A stretch of 64,000 nt of DNA, taken from Gekko japonicus (Eukaryota). The notes beneath the pieces were generated by a model. It ran no database searches and was not told where the DNA came from. It saw nothing but the letters and a program-made list of their open reading frames with translations. The DNA lies in assembly GCF_001447785.1 (NCBI RefSeq), contig NW_015166485.1:59087-123086 (forward strand). The letters run 5' to 3'. Shown here one piece after another: positions 22,990-37,004 of the stretch; the first letter of the stretch is position 1, and every line of letters starts with the position of its first letter. Made by a program: the position numbers and the translations under genes.

Positions 22990-25900
22990 GTAGTCTGTCT
23001 GCTTCTTTATATCGAAGGGGTTTAAAAGGTATAAACCTCAACCTACCAACAGACGTCGTGTGTATTAAAAAAATGATTATTACTAAACAGTATTGCAGAA
23101 TCTCAAGCCTGTGAACGAAATATGCATGCCTGCCCGCTTTCCCCCTCCGGATTCGTAAGTTTTCCCATACAAGTTTATTTCTAGTCTACTTTTGGTTTGC
23201 CCTCAACTTCTGTCCCAAATCACCCAGAGTGGGTAGGTCAGGTAACGGACTTTTTGCTTAAGAGATGGCTCCCTATAGAAATTGAAAGCAGTGAAGCGCC
23301 CATACCCCACTTATATCATAGTATAGCCACTGAAGAAAACCTGAACACACGTAAAGGCTAAAATATGCTTGAGGTGGAAGAACACAGGACCGGCTTGCCC
23401 ATTTCATTATGCTGAAGAAGTTTCCTGTTGCCAGGGTTATTTCCATTGCTAATGATTTAGTTAGTTCTCCTTCTTAGTCAACAGTATCATAACTGTAGTT
23501 TATAAAATATGTTTGTATTTCACAACCAAGCTACGTGTTGTTTATATCTGCGTTATCCTTAGGTCACACCTTGCTAATGTGGTTTCCTGAACTGCTTGTG
23601 TAAATATTCCCCACGTGTGACTGTGGGCTATTATAATGCCATAGAGATGCAAATAGATTTATAGCTGTCTTCTGTTAAAAACAAATGAAATTCATTATTA
23701 ATCATTTGCCTGGCACTTTTTAGTTAGCTTTTACAGCAACCCTGTGAGGTAGGCCATTATTATTATTCCCATTTTAGAGACTGAGGTTAAAGATAGCTAG
23801 CCAGAGTGCACCGGCTTTGTGGAGAGCTGAACCAGAGACATTCAAAACTGTTACAGAGCTATGGTCTCTTACTATACTACAACAGGATGTTAAAAGCTCT
23901 TGTTACAGAGAAACTGTTCTATAAAACGTTTGTTAAAAAGTGACGTCTGTTGAGCTTTCTGGCTTGGTTTAAATTAGTCCTTGCAGAGATGATAACTCTT
24001 CCATCACACAGATCATTGTAGTTTCCAAGGAGATCCTGTCCTTAGGGTAGCTTTAATGAAAGGTCGCTGCTCATTCTTTCTTTTAAAGGGCTCACAGAGT
24101 CAAACCTTTTTCCAAGCAACAAAAAACTCTGAATGAAATATATCCCAGTACCAGTGTTTTTTAATGAAAAAATTACATAATCTCTAGTTTTAGTGCACTG
24201 TGAATAAGCGCAGTGAACGTATAAGCACTACTTTCCCCCTCAATTTCAAGCATGGGAGAGGTATCATGAGGCAGAGGTATCATGAGGCCATGTTCTCTTT
24301 TTACACAATAAAAAATATCTTGGGGGACTATGAAAGAGCAGCCTATAACCATGATAGGGAAGGAAAGAATCATCATTTGGCCAAACAAGACTATCAGCAT
24401 TATTTCAGGAGTTTGGACACCACAGGATAAGGTAGGTCCTTTTTCTTTCCAATGTAGGATCAAATTGGATACTATGAATAGCTAACTTGGGGGTGGGCAA
24501 CCCCTGGAACGTGTGCTGAGTTACGGCATATTGGACCAGTTTGGTTGACTTACAGGGTTGGTTCTCTGCTGAAGCAACTGAGGCTAGCCTTGAGGTGGTG
24601 ACAGAGCCACTGGGCCTGGTATCATCATGGCATGGGAGAACATGGTGGGCATGCTTGTGCCTCCCTGAGCTGTGCAGCTGCCAACCATGCCCAGGGTGAG
24701 CCCTGAGATGCCGGTAGTGCCACTAGGCCTCAGCCTGTGTCTGTGTCTGACCAAGCAGAACCTTCATCTCAGCCCCCACTCCTCTTTTTTGTCTGCCAGA
24801 ACACCAGCATCTTCATGGCTAGGCATTTTATGTGTGTGCACAGGCCAAAAAGATTGCCTACTCCTGAGACAGACTAAGCATTCTTTCCCAGTCTATTGGA
24901 TGCAATTCTGCCTCCAGCTATTTCTTTAAAGTGACATAACAATAATAATCTTTTTTATACCCTTTCTATGAACCACCACAAAGGGCAGGACTAGAAATTA
25001 TCTTGCCATAGTAGAGCAAGGACTCTTGGTCTAGCAAGAGAAATGAAGCCAGAACACAATTACAGGGAAAGACTGGCAGCTTAGGCACAGTTGTCAGCAT
25101 GCCCTTTAATACAGTCTGAGTAGGCAGTGGTGGGATTGTACGCCACTATGACCTGCTGGGGCTTCCGTCATGCTCTTCTGTACCTCCCACCCCCCAATTA
25201 GTTGTCGTGGCTACCACCAACATACTCTGATTCGTCTGTATACTTTTACAGGCACACACGCAACTGTATGAGTCAGAAATCTGGTGATGGTATTATTTAA
25301 ATATGAGGTTTTCAGACCTGCCAACACCTGGATGGCCCAGGCTACCCCAATCTCATTGGATCTTGGAAACTAAGCAGTGTCAGCCCCTGATGGGAGACCC
25401 CCAAGGAAGTGCAGGGTTGTTAGGCAGGGGCAGGCGATGGCAAACCACCTCTGCACGTCTCTTGTCTTGAAAACCCTACGAGGTCGCCATAAATTGGCTG
25501 CAGCTTTACTATGTTTTTAGGATTAATTGCTTTTAGGACTGTTTAAATGTTTTAACTATTGTTGTTTAACTTATATTTTATGTATCTGTAAACGTTATGT
25601 TGTTTGTAAGCCGCCCTGAGCCAGTCTTGTCTGGAAGGGTGGGGTAGAAATTTAAATACTACTACTACTACTACTACTACTACTAATGAGATTTTCAGAA
25701 CCATTTTAATTTTAGGCGTCGTATGGCGCTGAAACTGACCCACAGAATTCAAACAGGAAAGAGTTCTTTTCAGCCAGGGCTCTTCTCTAAAACCCAATTG
25801 AAATGGTAGGACCCAGCTAGAATAATCCGAACTGAAGGAGTGCGTCTGAACATGTACTGAGTTCATTTCGCTCACTTCTGAGTAACCAAAACTACCCCCT

Positions 25901-26127
25901 ACACATCTAGGATTACAAAGGTGAAATTGTCAAATCACAAGATGTGGATTTCTGAGCAGGTTTCAGATACAAACTTTTCTTTGTAGTCAATTAACCACTG
26001 CAAACAGGCTTAGTTTGATCTTTCTCCCTTATCACCTAGTTACATGAAAGTGTGTTCAACAGCATCTCCATTCATTCACATTCCTTTAAAAAAATACATG
26101 AAGCCCAGCTTCCTTCCCACACACCCC

Positions 26128-27797
26128 TCAGCCATCTGGTTCCTCTTTGATCCTCAGAGATATTGTTGGTACTTCCAACCGTGCCTCATCCAACTCCTCC
26201 TCTTTCGCCCGTATAAATGGCCCCATCTCCACAGATGATACACTGTTCTCCCACTTATCCTCGGGCTCCTCTTTGACCTCAGCATCCCATGTCCCTGGAG
26301 GAAGCACCAGTACTTCATCACCCTCTTCCTCTGTGTCATTCTCTGTGTCATTCTTCACCTCTCGGGATCGGATGAAAGGATCTTTGTAAACTTTGGTATC
26401 TGCTAGCTCGGGGTCTGTACTAGGAAGTGAGGAGTCCTTGGCATGGGTCCTCAAGTGCTTAGCAAGAGCAGCCCGTTGGCTATAGCTCTTGTTGCACTGG
26501 ATACAGGCATAAGGCTTCTCACGGGTGTGGATCCTCTGATGCTGGACCAGAGTGGAGCTTTGCTTGAACCCCTTGCCACACTCATCACAACGAAAGGGGC
26601 GTTCGCCAGTATGGGTGAGGTGGTGCCGCTTGAGGGCTGACATACCACTAAAGCTCTTCCCACACTCCCCACAGCTGTATGGAGACTCCCCAGTGTGAGT
26701 CCGGAGATGCTGGGTCAGGGCTGAACTCTGGCTAAACCCTTTCCCACACTCCTGGCATTTGTAGGGCCTTTCACCTGTGTGAAGTCTCCGGTGAGTCGTA
26801 AGCACTGATTTCTGGCTAAAACGGCGCCCGCAGTCTGGACACAGGTAGGGTGTCTCTCCGGTATGTATTCGCCGGTGTTGTGTCAAGGCAGAGCTGGCAA
26901 TGAATCTTTTGGGGCAGTCTGGGCACTGGTAGGGCTTTTCTCCTGTGTGTGACCGCTGGTGCTGAAGAAGAGAATAGCGCTTCGTGAAGGATTTCCCACA
27001 AGCTACACATAGGTTGGGTGGGCCCTCTTCAGAATGCATGCGGATGTGTTCACTGTAGAGAGCTCGACGCATGAAACGCTCCCCACACTCTCCGCAAGTG
27101 AAGGGATGCTCACCAGTGTGAATGCGACGGTGCTCTGCTAATGTGGTACTCCGACAGAAGTTCTTTCCACAGTCGTTACAGTGGTGAGGGTTCCTGCTAC
27201 CTGAACAACTAGTGGTGATAGTTCCGATTTTCCCACCACCACTATCACCTTGGTGGGAGAGAAGATGCTCTACCAGAGAGGAGATTTCTCCAAAACGTTT
27301 CGAGCACTCTGTACATTTGTACGGTTTCTCTCCTGTGTGGCTGTTGAGGTGCCAGACCAGGTGCGCTTTAGTGCTGTAGCTGGCCCCGCAGTACTCACAT
27401 TGGTATGGTCTCACACCATCGTGGACGCGCTGGTGGCGGGTCAGATTGCTCTTAAGTCGGAAGTTTTTGCCACACTCCTGGCATTTGTGAGGCTTCTCCC
27501 CAGTATGGATACTTTGGTGGCTGACCAGTGTGGATTGGACGGAAAAGCAACGCCCACAGTCTGAACACTGGTACGGCCTCTCACCTGTATGGGTACGCTG
27601 ATGTGTGAACAGTTCACAAGTCCTGACAAATCTCTTTCCACAAACTCCACAGATTACCCGGCCCACTCGCCGATGCTTTGCTATTGGGCTTGCTGAACTT
27701 CTCTGAATGTTTATTCTTGATGCAGACTGACCATCTTCTTGCCCTGTGTTTGCAGGCTTCTTGTGTGACTCCGCTGCCTCCCATTTCTTCCTGATTC
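26128..27797 (-). CDS. ZNF-B main exon: 14 C2H2 fingers (5+9) with acidic C-terminus
   Basis: 14 intact C2H2 motifs; phase-1 acceptor TTCCGTCTAG|GA at 27798/27797; tail has VKEE and IKEE SUMO-consensus motifs. Confidence 0.92.
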
Positions 27798-28040
27798 CTA
27801 GACGGAACAACAGATGCACATTGATTCCTCTGCTCTCATTCCCTCTACTGAAGCCTTAGATCCTCTAGAAGCTCTGTCCTGTATCTAGAGCCTTCCATCC
27901 CTACCACTTACTTTAATCCATGTTTCTTCCATAAAGTCATTTTTGAACCAGTTTTCAGAGAGTAGCCATATTGGTCTGTAGTAGAACACCTAGATCTGAA
28001 TCCACTAGCACCTTAGTGACCAACAAGAATTTTCTGAAAA

Positions 28041-29056
28041 AATCTTTTCTTTTGGAATTTATTTTTTCATTTTTCATTTCACAAAAATATGTAAAGCTAT
28101 CCATTTAGTACTTACACATTTCCTAATATAAAATTCATCTTTCTCATTTGTCATCCATTATCTTTTACTAGCAAATTTTCAGTTCTATTTTATCTTCATC
28201 TTCAGCCAGGTATAAATTATTTCCCATCTGTCCCAAAAAAGTTCCTCTGGTTTTAATACTATACTCAGTTTGTCCATTTCTGCTATTTCCAGAATCTTGT
28301 GTTTAAGCTCTCTTATAGATGGTATGGTTTTTGACTTCCAATGCTTTGCTATCAGAATTCTTGCTGTTGTTAATAAGTATACTATTATATGTGTGTGGTT
28401 CTTTATTGTGTCCAGAATCATATTTAGTAAATATGTTTCTGGCGTTAATGGCATATTGATTCTAAGTACATCTGAAAAGATTTTATAACTTTTTTCCCAA
28501 AAAGTTTGGATTTTGTCACACCTCCACCATATGTGGAGGTATGATGCTATATTCCTTCTGCATCTCCAACAGATATTTGATGCTTTCGGGAAGCATTTAG
28601 CAACTTTAACAGGGGTCCAATGCCACCTAAAAAACATTTTATATATGTTTTCCTTATATGAAGTCACGCTCATATATTTTAATGATCTCCATGTTTTTAT
28701 CCATTGATCCATTTCTATTGTGTGACCAATCTCTTTTATCCAGGCTATCATTGGCGTTTTTATAATCTCTTCTTGTAGATCGTCCTCTAATAATTTTGTA
28801 TAGAGTTTCTGAATTAGTTTATCACTGGAAGAAAGCCAAATTTTATCAATTTCGTTTAGACTGGTATAGAATCCTATTTTTTTGTCTTAATTGTATCTTG
28901 ATTTTAGTACATTTTTTTCCCACCAGGATAAGTTTATATTTTGTTTTTTTAATACCTCATTTGGTTTTAACTCGGCTTTTTAATTTAATTTAATAAGTTG
29001 CCATAAGTTTCTTTAATTTTCCCTGTTATTAGTGACGGCTTGGCAAATGCCTCTAT
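28041..29056 (-). mobile_element. 5'-truncated L1-clade LINE (ORF2 Cys-rich C-terminus)
   Basis: KMFFRWHWTP...CWRC...HIWWRC..IQTFW motif; exact 17-bp TSD CAAGAATTTTCTGAAAA (28024-28040, 29057-29073). Confidence 0.88.
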
Positions 29057-29770
29057 CAAGAATTTTCTGAAAATTTTTTGTTGGTCTCTAAGATGCTACT
29101 GGACTCAAACCTAGCTGTTCTGGGACCAATGGAGCTTTACCTGTTCTGCAGTCTGCTATCAACTACACCAGGTGTGGCCAAACTTGCTTAATGTAGGAGC
29201 CACATAGAATAAGCATCAGATGTTTTGAGAGCCACAAGACATGAACAAATATGCAGATTTGCTTTTTATTAACATTAAATGAGGCTGCCAAAAATAAAAA
29301 CAAAAGGGGTAAAAACAGATATTGATGAGGATACGTTTGTCCAATGATGTTGATTTGTTTGCTAATGTCTAAGAAAGAGAGAATGCATTTAAAGCTGCTT
29401 TCTTTCTCTGCTCCCCCCCCCCCCCCCACACCATGCCGGTAGCCACATAATATGTGTGAAAGAGCCCTCTGTCCTATCTCAGGACCCTCTGTCCTATCCC
29501 AGGAGCCTCGGGTCTCCTGCAGTTTTATCCAGGTACGCACCACAAAGAACCAAAGCGAAGTTCCTTCCTGAGCTTGTCTTCGTCTCCAGTTCAGAGAATG
29601 CATACTTATTTATGGAATTTACTATCAAAAGATGTTGTGATAGTGACTACCTGAGATGATTTTAAAAAACAACAAACCTGTAAATGAGTTCATGGTTGGC
29701 AAGTCTTGTCAGTGGCTGTTAGTCACAGCACTGTCATGCTTGGAGAAAGGATGCCTCTGATTGGCTGTCA

Positions 29771-30901
29771 NNNNNNNNNNNNNNNNNNNNNNNNNNNNNN
29801 NNNNNNNNNNNNNNNNNNNNNNNNNNNNNNNNNNNNNNNNNNNNNNNNNNNNNNNNNNNNNNNNNNNNNNNNNNNNNNNNNNNNNNNNNNNNNNNNNNNN
29901 NNNNNNNNNNNNNNNNNNNNNNNNNNNNNNNNNNNNNNNNNNNNNNNNNNNNNNNNNNNNNNNNNNNNNNNNNNNNNNNNNNNNNNNNNNNNNNNNNNNN
30001 NNNNNNNNNNNNNNNNNNNNNNNNNNNNNNNNNNNNNNNNNNNNNNNNNNNNNNNNNNNNNNNNNNNNNNNNNNNNNNNNNNNNNNNNNNNNNNNNNNNN
30101 NNNNNNNNNNNNNNNNNNNNNNNNNNNNNNNNNNNNNNNNNNNNNNNNNNNNNNNNNNNNNNNNNNNNNNNNNNNNNNNNNNNNNNNNNNNNNNNNNNNN
30201 NNNNNNNNNNNNNNNNNNNNNNNNNNNNNNNNNNNNNNNNNNNNNNNNNNNNNNNNNNNNNNNNNNNNNNNNNNNNNNNNNNNNNNNNNNNNNNNNNNNN
30301 NNNNNNNNNNNNNNNNNNNNNNNNNNNNNNNNNNNNNNNNNNNNNNNNNNNNNNNNNNNNNNNNNNNNNNNNNNNNNNNNNNNNNNNNNNNNNNNNNNNN
30401 NNNNNNNNNNNNNNNNNNNNNNNNNNNNNNNNNNNNNNNNNNNNNNNNNNNNNNNNNNNNNNNNNNNNNNNNNNNNNNNNNNNNNNNNNNNNNNNNNNNN
30501 NNNNNNNNNNNNNNNAGTCAGATCCCGGTAGGGAACCGATTCTCAACCGGGTTCTGTCTGAAATGACAGACCAGCACCCGGTTGAGAATCGGTTCCCTAC
30601 CGGGAGACAGCACCTGTCTCAAATTCCCCCCTATCGCACACCTTCATTNNNNNNNNNNNNNNNNNNNNNNNNNNNNNNNNNNNNNNNNNNNNNNNNNNNN
30701 NNNNNNNNNNNNNNNNNNNNNNNNNNNNNNNNNNNNNNNNNNNNNNNNNNNNNNNNNNNNNNNNNNNNNNNNNNNNNNNNNNNNNNNNNNNNNNNNNNNN
30801 NNNNNNNNNNNNNNNNNNNNNNNNNNNNNNNNNNNNNNNNNNNNNNNNNNNNNNNNNNNNNNNNNNNNNNNNNNNNNNNNNNNNNNNNNNNNNNNNNNNN
30901 N
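29771..30901. other. Two assembly gaps flanking a ~130-bp hairpin island
   Basis: N runs 29771-30515 and 30649-30901; further gaps at ~49169-49288 and ~56768-56838. Confidence 0.97.
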
Positions 30902-31057
30902 NTCTACGTTTAATGAATCCCTTGATTAATCCTACAGATTCATAGATAGGTGCATTCAGCCCTAATTAACACAAAAGGAGGGGAGAGCGTCTCGTTGCAT
31001 TCTCTAGACAGTGCATTAATTCAAGCGTGCCAATTCCCCACTGCTTGATCACTCTCG

Positions 31058-31062
31058 GCATC

Positions 31063-31114
<52 letters not shown>
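31058..31114. repeat. (CT)n microsatellite
   Basis: Direct dinucleotide run. Confidence 0.95.
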
Positions 31115-31117
<3 letters not shown>

Positions 31118-32770
31118 GCTTACTTAAATAATGCAACTTTTATTCATTGTTAATGTTCTTATGTGTGCCATAAAAAACTGATCTGGAGAGAATTCGATTG
31201 CGATCTGTTTTCCACTGGTTGCACCAATGCAAAATGACCCACCCAGTTTTTACTGTACCTTGGAGATACTCTAGGCCCTGCAGCTGATGTAGTTCTTTAG
31301 CTGTGCTTGGACCATATCTGTTTTCTCGTTATGTGCCTCATTTATTTTATTTATATCCTACTTTTCTCCCCAATGGGGACCCAAAGTGATTGACATTGTT
31401 CTCTGCTCCTCCATTTTATCCTCACAACAACCCTGCGAGGCAGGTTAGGCTGAGAGGGTGGGACCAGCCCAAGATCACCCAGCAAGCTTCCATGGCAAAG
31501 TGAGGATTCTAATCTGCATTTTAGAGGTCTTAGTCTGGCACTCTAACCAGCCACTACACCACACTGGCTCTTGGATGTCTTCAGTTACTCCCCCCCCCCA
31601 ATATACTTTACACACATAAATAAGCAAAATTGGGAGCGGGGGAAATGATCCAAGATACAAGTCTCTGTCATCTTGGAAAGGTCAGACTGCATGGAATTTA
31701 CAGCTCTCCCAAAGCAGATCAGCGCATCCTATGTGACAGGTTCACATTTTGACCAATAGCCCTCGCTCCCCTCCAACACTTTACTTGTGTCAAATTAACA
31801 TCGGAAAGAGGCATGCATTTCCCATCTAGCATCAGGTTGGGTTTTGGGTTTTTTTTGCATTCACAGTTTCAGCCCAATAAGAAGCATCATCATTCTCATC
31901 TAGTTTCATTGATAGTCCACCTTTCTCAGTGGGACTTAAGGCAGGTTACATATCTGGTAAGACCTATTCAGTCAATCAGCAAGTGAATTACGAAGTATGA
32001 CAAAAACATCCAAATCTAACAGCAAAGATTCCTAATGAAACAGAATAATGCAGTGAAGCTGGGATTACAGAATTTGAAAAACTACACAAGCAACCAAAAA
32101 AAGTGTCTAAGGCAACAAAACTATCATCCTTTTCCATGTCCTGCATTTTCAATTCAATTCAGCAACTAGTAAGGATGGTTTATTCAGGTCAGGTTATAAC
32201 AGAGGGTAGCTGTATCAGGATTCTGCTTTGTTCTTCTTTTACCAGGCAGTGCAAAAATGTCCCAATTAGCCAGGGTTGCCCGGTCCCCTTTGGCCAATGA
32301 CAGGGGATGGGGGGAGGTTCAGTTGCCAGATCCAGGTTGGGAAGCTCCTGGAGATTTGGGGATGGCGCCTGGGGAGGACAGTAAAAAGCCCAGTAGCACC
32401 TTTTAAGACTAACAAACTTTATCGTAGCGTAAACCTTCGAGAAACACAGCTCTCTTCGTCAGATGCATGGAGCTGTGTTTCTCGAAAGCTTGTGCTACAA
32501 AGTTTGTTAGTCTTAAAAGTGCTACTGGACTTTTTAATATTTTGCAGCAACAGACTACGATCTACGACCGTGGGGAGGACGGGGACCTCAGTGGGGTGTG
32601 CAGTGCCATAGAGTCCACTCTCCAAAGCGTCCATTTTTCTCCAGGGAAACTGATCTCTGTAGTCTGGAGATGAGCTGTAATTCTGGGGAATCCCCGGGTC
32701 CCACCTCGAGGGTGGCATCCCTACAATTAACCGGGGCCAAAACAATAGGGAGAGTGATAGAGGGAAGTAC

Positions 32771-32792
32771 CTGCTGAGTTTCCACTTCTCAT
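32771..32792 (-). CDS. Candidate start-codon exon of ZNF-B (exon 32771-32816; MRSGNSA-G)
   Basis: Strong acceptor TTTTCTCTCTGTTTTCCTTGTAG, in-frame upstream TGA, ggcATGa, phase-1 donor CAG|GTACTT compatible with the phase-1 acceptor at 27797. Confidence 0.45.
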
Positions 32793-33754
32793 GCCATCGT
32801 TAATACCTCAGAAGCCCTACAAGGAAAACAGAGAGAAAACCACGCCATCTACGGCTTTGCCAGTCAGCAGACGCCCAGTGACTTGTGCCAGCACCTCGAA
32901 TTTCAGACCACAATCCCAACCTTCTAATTTACTAGCTTTGCTGATTCCTCTCTTCTGACAACGGAGAGGCAACATTAAAAATAAAACCAAACCTGGGCTT
33001 TCTACAGATAACCAGATTGTGAACGTTGACAGATCTCCCACTTAGCAAATATCCAGGCCACGCTTTGCCTTCAACTCGGCTGAGGCTCTCGGAGCTGGAG
33101 GCGAGAGGGTCGCAGGAAGGTTCCGTTGCTGTTTCCTTCCTCCTTACTGCTGCTTCCTGGTCTCTTCTAGCATGGGCCACACTCGCTGGTTTTAACCCCT
33201 AAAAGTGGCCCAGACTTAAAAAAGAAAAAGAAAGCATTAGGCTATTAAATGTGAATTGCAGGTTATATTTCATTTATTCAATTTAATGAATTGCAAAGTG
33301 CATGGATTTTCTTTAAAGTATTTTGATTTAAGAGCTGGAAAGTCCCTTCGTCTCAAAGGTTCTTCTAACAAATGTACTTAAGGATTCCTTGCCCTGAAAC
33401 GATGGTTTGCTCGCTGATCCATTCATAGGAAAATCTGTAATGAGCCCAAGTTTTGGAAAGTTTAGATAAGAACTATAGAGCCACTTACATAACCTATTTA
33501 TACTTAATTTGGCTTTATCTTATCACAAATAGGACAAAATGGTCCCTTAATTATTTATGGCTGTTTTTAGTTTGCCTTTTAATTATTTATTTGCTACCCT
33601 TTTAGATTATGAATTTGTTTTTAATATTGATGTTCTTAATACATTTTTAGTGTTTTGATGTGAGTCTTGGGTAATACTAATATTGTTTGGGATTGGGAAG
33701 CTAATTCAGGAAATCCTTGGCAAAGAGCAGGAGATACTTTGAATAAAATGTCCA

Positions 33755-34390
33755 CTTTTTGCCTTTTATTTTCATGATACAGTGGTTGAGAGAATAAAGA
33801 AAGGGGGTAAAGGAAAAAAGAAGAAAATAAAATGATAAAAACACAATACCACAGGGCAATTTTTACAGATATTAAGGACAATCATTGATTTAAAGTATAT
33901 AAAAAAGATGTATAACATGGTGGCTTAGTAAACCACAACAGCAGTGTACTCAAAATATTCTACTATTTCTACTATTCTACTGTTTTCTCATAATATTTTC
34001 ATTTTTGTCCTGTCTAATCAATTATAAAATAAAACATAGGTAAATTCTCATTAACTTTATATATAATTCTAACATAACAGTTTATTGTAATAAATACTGT
34101 GCAAATGATAATGTGCTTAATATTTCATATAAGAGTTGTCATTTATAAAATAAACCATTCCAATATATAAATACCAAGACTGATTATAGTAAACATAAAA
34201 TGCTCGCCAATTGCTCTCAAATTCATCTTTCAGTCTCCGATTAATGTAATTTGTCAATTTTGCCACAACAGCATATTCTTGCATTTTGTCTATCCAATTC
34301 TCAAGAGCTGGACAACCCTCAGTCTTCCGTTTTGCTGCAAATAGTACTCTTGCTGCAGTTAACATGTATCTAAGGAAATCATGCATTGTT
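33755..34390 (-). mobile_element. L1-clade LINE 3' end fragment
   Basis: YMLTAARVLFAAK.K....P..ENW..K..E.A..AKLT is homologous to the end of the 28185-28751 ORF; AT-rich 3' UTR; boundaries approximate. Confidence 0.75.
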
Positions 34391-35849
34391 CTGTCTGCAG
34401 ATGGAATGCAGAAGGAGCAACCTCTGCTTTGACCTGCTGCTTTGAAGGAGAGGTGCCCTCTCTCGTAGCCAGCTCCTTAAGCATAGCTGTGGGGCTATAG
34501 TGGCCAAGTTGCAAAGCATCTCAGTAACCTCACTGCCAGATACCCACCTCCCCCATGTCCAACCCCCACCCTGGGCTTTTTGTCATCTAGCATTTTTAAA
34601 TGTGAAGGAAGATTACAAATTATGCAAGAGATAATTTTATTAAAGGAAATTGCAGAAAAATAACTCACATAACATAAGGGGAAAAAACTTTGGGAGAAAT
34701 TTGGTTGCAGATTCCTACATGCTGCAGAATATGGGAATACAGAAATCCATCTACCGCCAACCTAAAACAAATCCTCCTACTTTCCCCTCCCCTCTGTCTA
34801 AAAGTCAAGCTATTCTGTTATGTTAAACTAATTTCTGCAGGGGAGTAGCCCCTTGCTGTAAAGTAACTGACTAGTATTTTGTGGATTAGGCAGTTTCATC
34901 TTCAGACACAAGAAACTACTCCTGCTCAAAGCCTTCAAACCAGGAACAACTGGGTTTTTACAAGTTTAAGTAAAAGATTTTATGTTTTGTGAGGAAGGAA
35001 CAGGTTAATGGTCCGTGCACAAACAGAGGATCACATTTAAAAAACGCACTGGTCAGGTGGCTGAATAATGGGATATCCTTGGTGTGGAAGTATCCCTGAC
35101 TAGCACAGAAAATCACCCTATTGCAGAGGCAGCCCAGTTCTCCCTGGACAAACTTTCATCCACTGCACCACACTGAGCCTCAGATTTCAAGCTGGGGTAA
35201 AATCAGGGCTGCTAGTGTTGCATTCCTTTAACTTTGGGCCTTTGTGATTTTTACCATTCAGCTGTTCTCAGTGGCATTCTGGACATGCATTATATTCCTT
35301 ATCTTGCATCGTGGAGGGAGGATTTCAAGACAATGCAAATAAAGAGCTACACCTGTGCCATTGCTGCCAGTTGTGAAACTTTTATGATAACACACATTCT
35401 CTGTCAAGGGAAGAAAAAGTGACTATTCTAGATAGAGTTTCACATGAAGGGGGGTAGTTAAATACTTACTCCTCCCTGCCTCTGAGGAGCTTTCCCCCCC
35501 CCTTCCATGTTTATCTTTACAAGGACACTGTAAGGAAGGTTAAGACTGAGAGTTCACCCACTGAATTCGGTATTCCACGAGTGGGTGTGCTAGTGCTCTA
35601 GCCACCTTGGGTAAACTTAAAGAAACAAAAAATTATTTCTGGGGAAAACATTGTAATGTGAAGCAGCCTTTCAGCCCATCCTTAGTCTCTATTGCCTTGT
35701 GTCTGTCGTGCCAGTTCATCTTGGATGTGCAGACATTTATTTGGCATCACATGTCCCTGGGGCCCAAAAAAAGCATATCATGCTCTTCTCCTTCACGGTC
35801 CGGTGACTGGACAAAATGCTCCCTTATAGATCCTCACTCTGCTGGGCAG

Positions 35850-36360
35850 GATCACACAGGGTCATCATCACTGTGTACATGTCCATGCATTGAGGCAGAG
35901 CTTTGGCTAAAGCAGCGGCTGCACTGCAGGCAAGTGCCGGTGTGCTCCCTGCTGTGGATTCTGTGGTGGTGAATGAGTGTAGAGCCTTGATTGAAGCCCT
36001 TCCCACACTTGGCACAGACAAAGGGTATCACCTGGCAGAGATCCTGTGCCTTTGAACAGCAGCACCAGAGACAGAAATACAACCTGCACGGAAATGTTGG
36101 GATGGAAAGAGCAGCAGTTGGTTGACTTTCTCCCTGGTGCATCACTTTTACTCCTGAACTTTCAAGCAAGTACCCAACAGGCACACATTCAGTAGTGGAA
36201 GCTGTTCTGCTGGACACTTCGTGCGCACGAAAGGCTTAGGAGCCCAACTAAGAGGGGTGGGGAAAATGCTGGTAACCTGATTTGATGGGGCTGTTTGCAA
36301 TTCAGAGGGAAAGGACCACATCTTGAGAAAGCGGGAGCACTGCAGGGCCACTGACAGTTG
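35850..36360 (-). pseudogene. Decayed C2H2 zinc-finger relic
   Basis: FVCAKCGKGFNQGSTLIHHHRIHSRE..CLQCSRCFSQSSA surrounded by non-finger sequence and stops. Confidence 0.65.
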
Positions 36361-37004
36361 AAAAGTTAATCCCAGCAGAGGGCTGGTCTTGCCAACAAAG
36401 GATGCTTGAAAGGAAGTGGTCCAGGCCGCTTGAGAGGGGCAGGGTGAAGATCAGCGTCACCTATTTTAATGTTGTGACATTTCCATTTTAATTATTTATT
36501 GACCTTTTCAATTCTCTCTTTATTTTTAATTTTTATTTATTTATTAAACTATCTATATCCCACCTTTCCTCATGCTTCAAGGTGGTTTACAATGATAGTT
36601 ACAAACATTTCCAGTTAGAAGCAAAAATAAAATAGCAAACACAAATTCCCCCCCCCTCCACTTTAAAATATGCCTGCTAGTCACACCTCCTCTAAAGCCC
36701 TGGCAAGCAGGTAGGCCTCGCCCACACTTCCTGAAGATTTCCCAGGGAGGGAGCCCATTCCACAGAGCCATGATGAAAAAGGCCCTGGCTCTGGTTGCCA
36801 GACAGGCCATCATAAGGGGTGGGACAGCCAACAGCTGACTGCCTGGCTTCACCCTGGTTGGGAAATTCCAAAAAGGAGCATAAAAACCCAAAATATCATG
36901 ACTCACAAGTATTTTGTTAGCCTATCCTTTCAAGCCTGAGTTTTTAAGCTCTCAAAATCTGGGACAAACTGGTTGGGGTGTGTGTGTGTGTGAATAATAC
37001 TATT

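Noticed and set aside
24190-24435. Possible + strand exon ending AAG|GTAGGT, divergent from BORCS6
   Set aside because: No recognisable peptide or consistent multi-exon frame; could be lncRNA but unsupported
29706-30929. ORFs of 115-286 aa
   Set aside because: Made of N gaps (poly-X)
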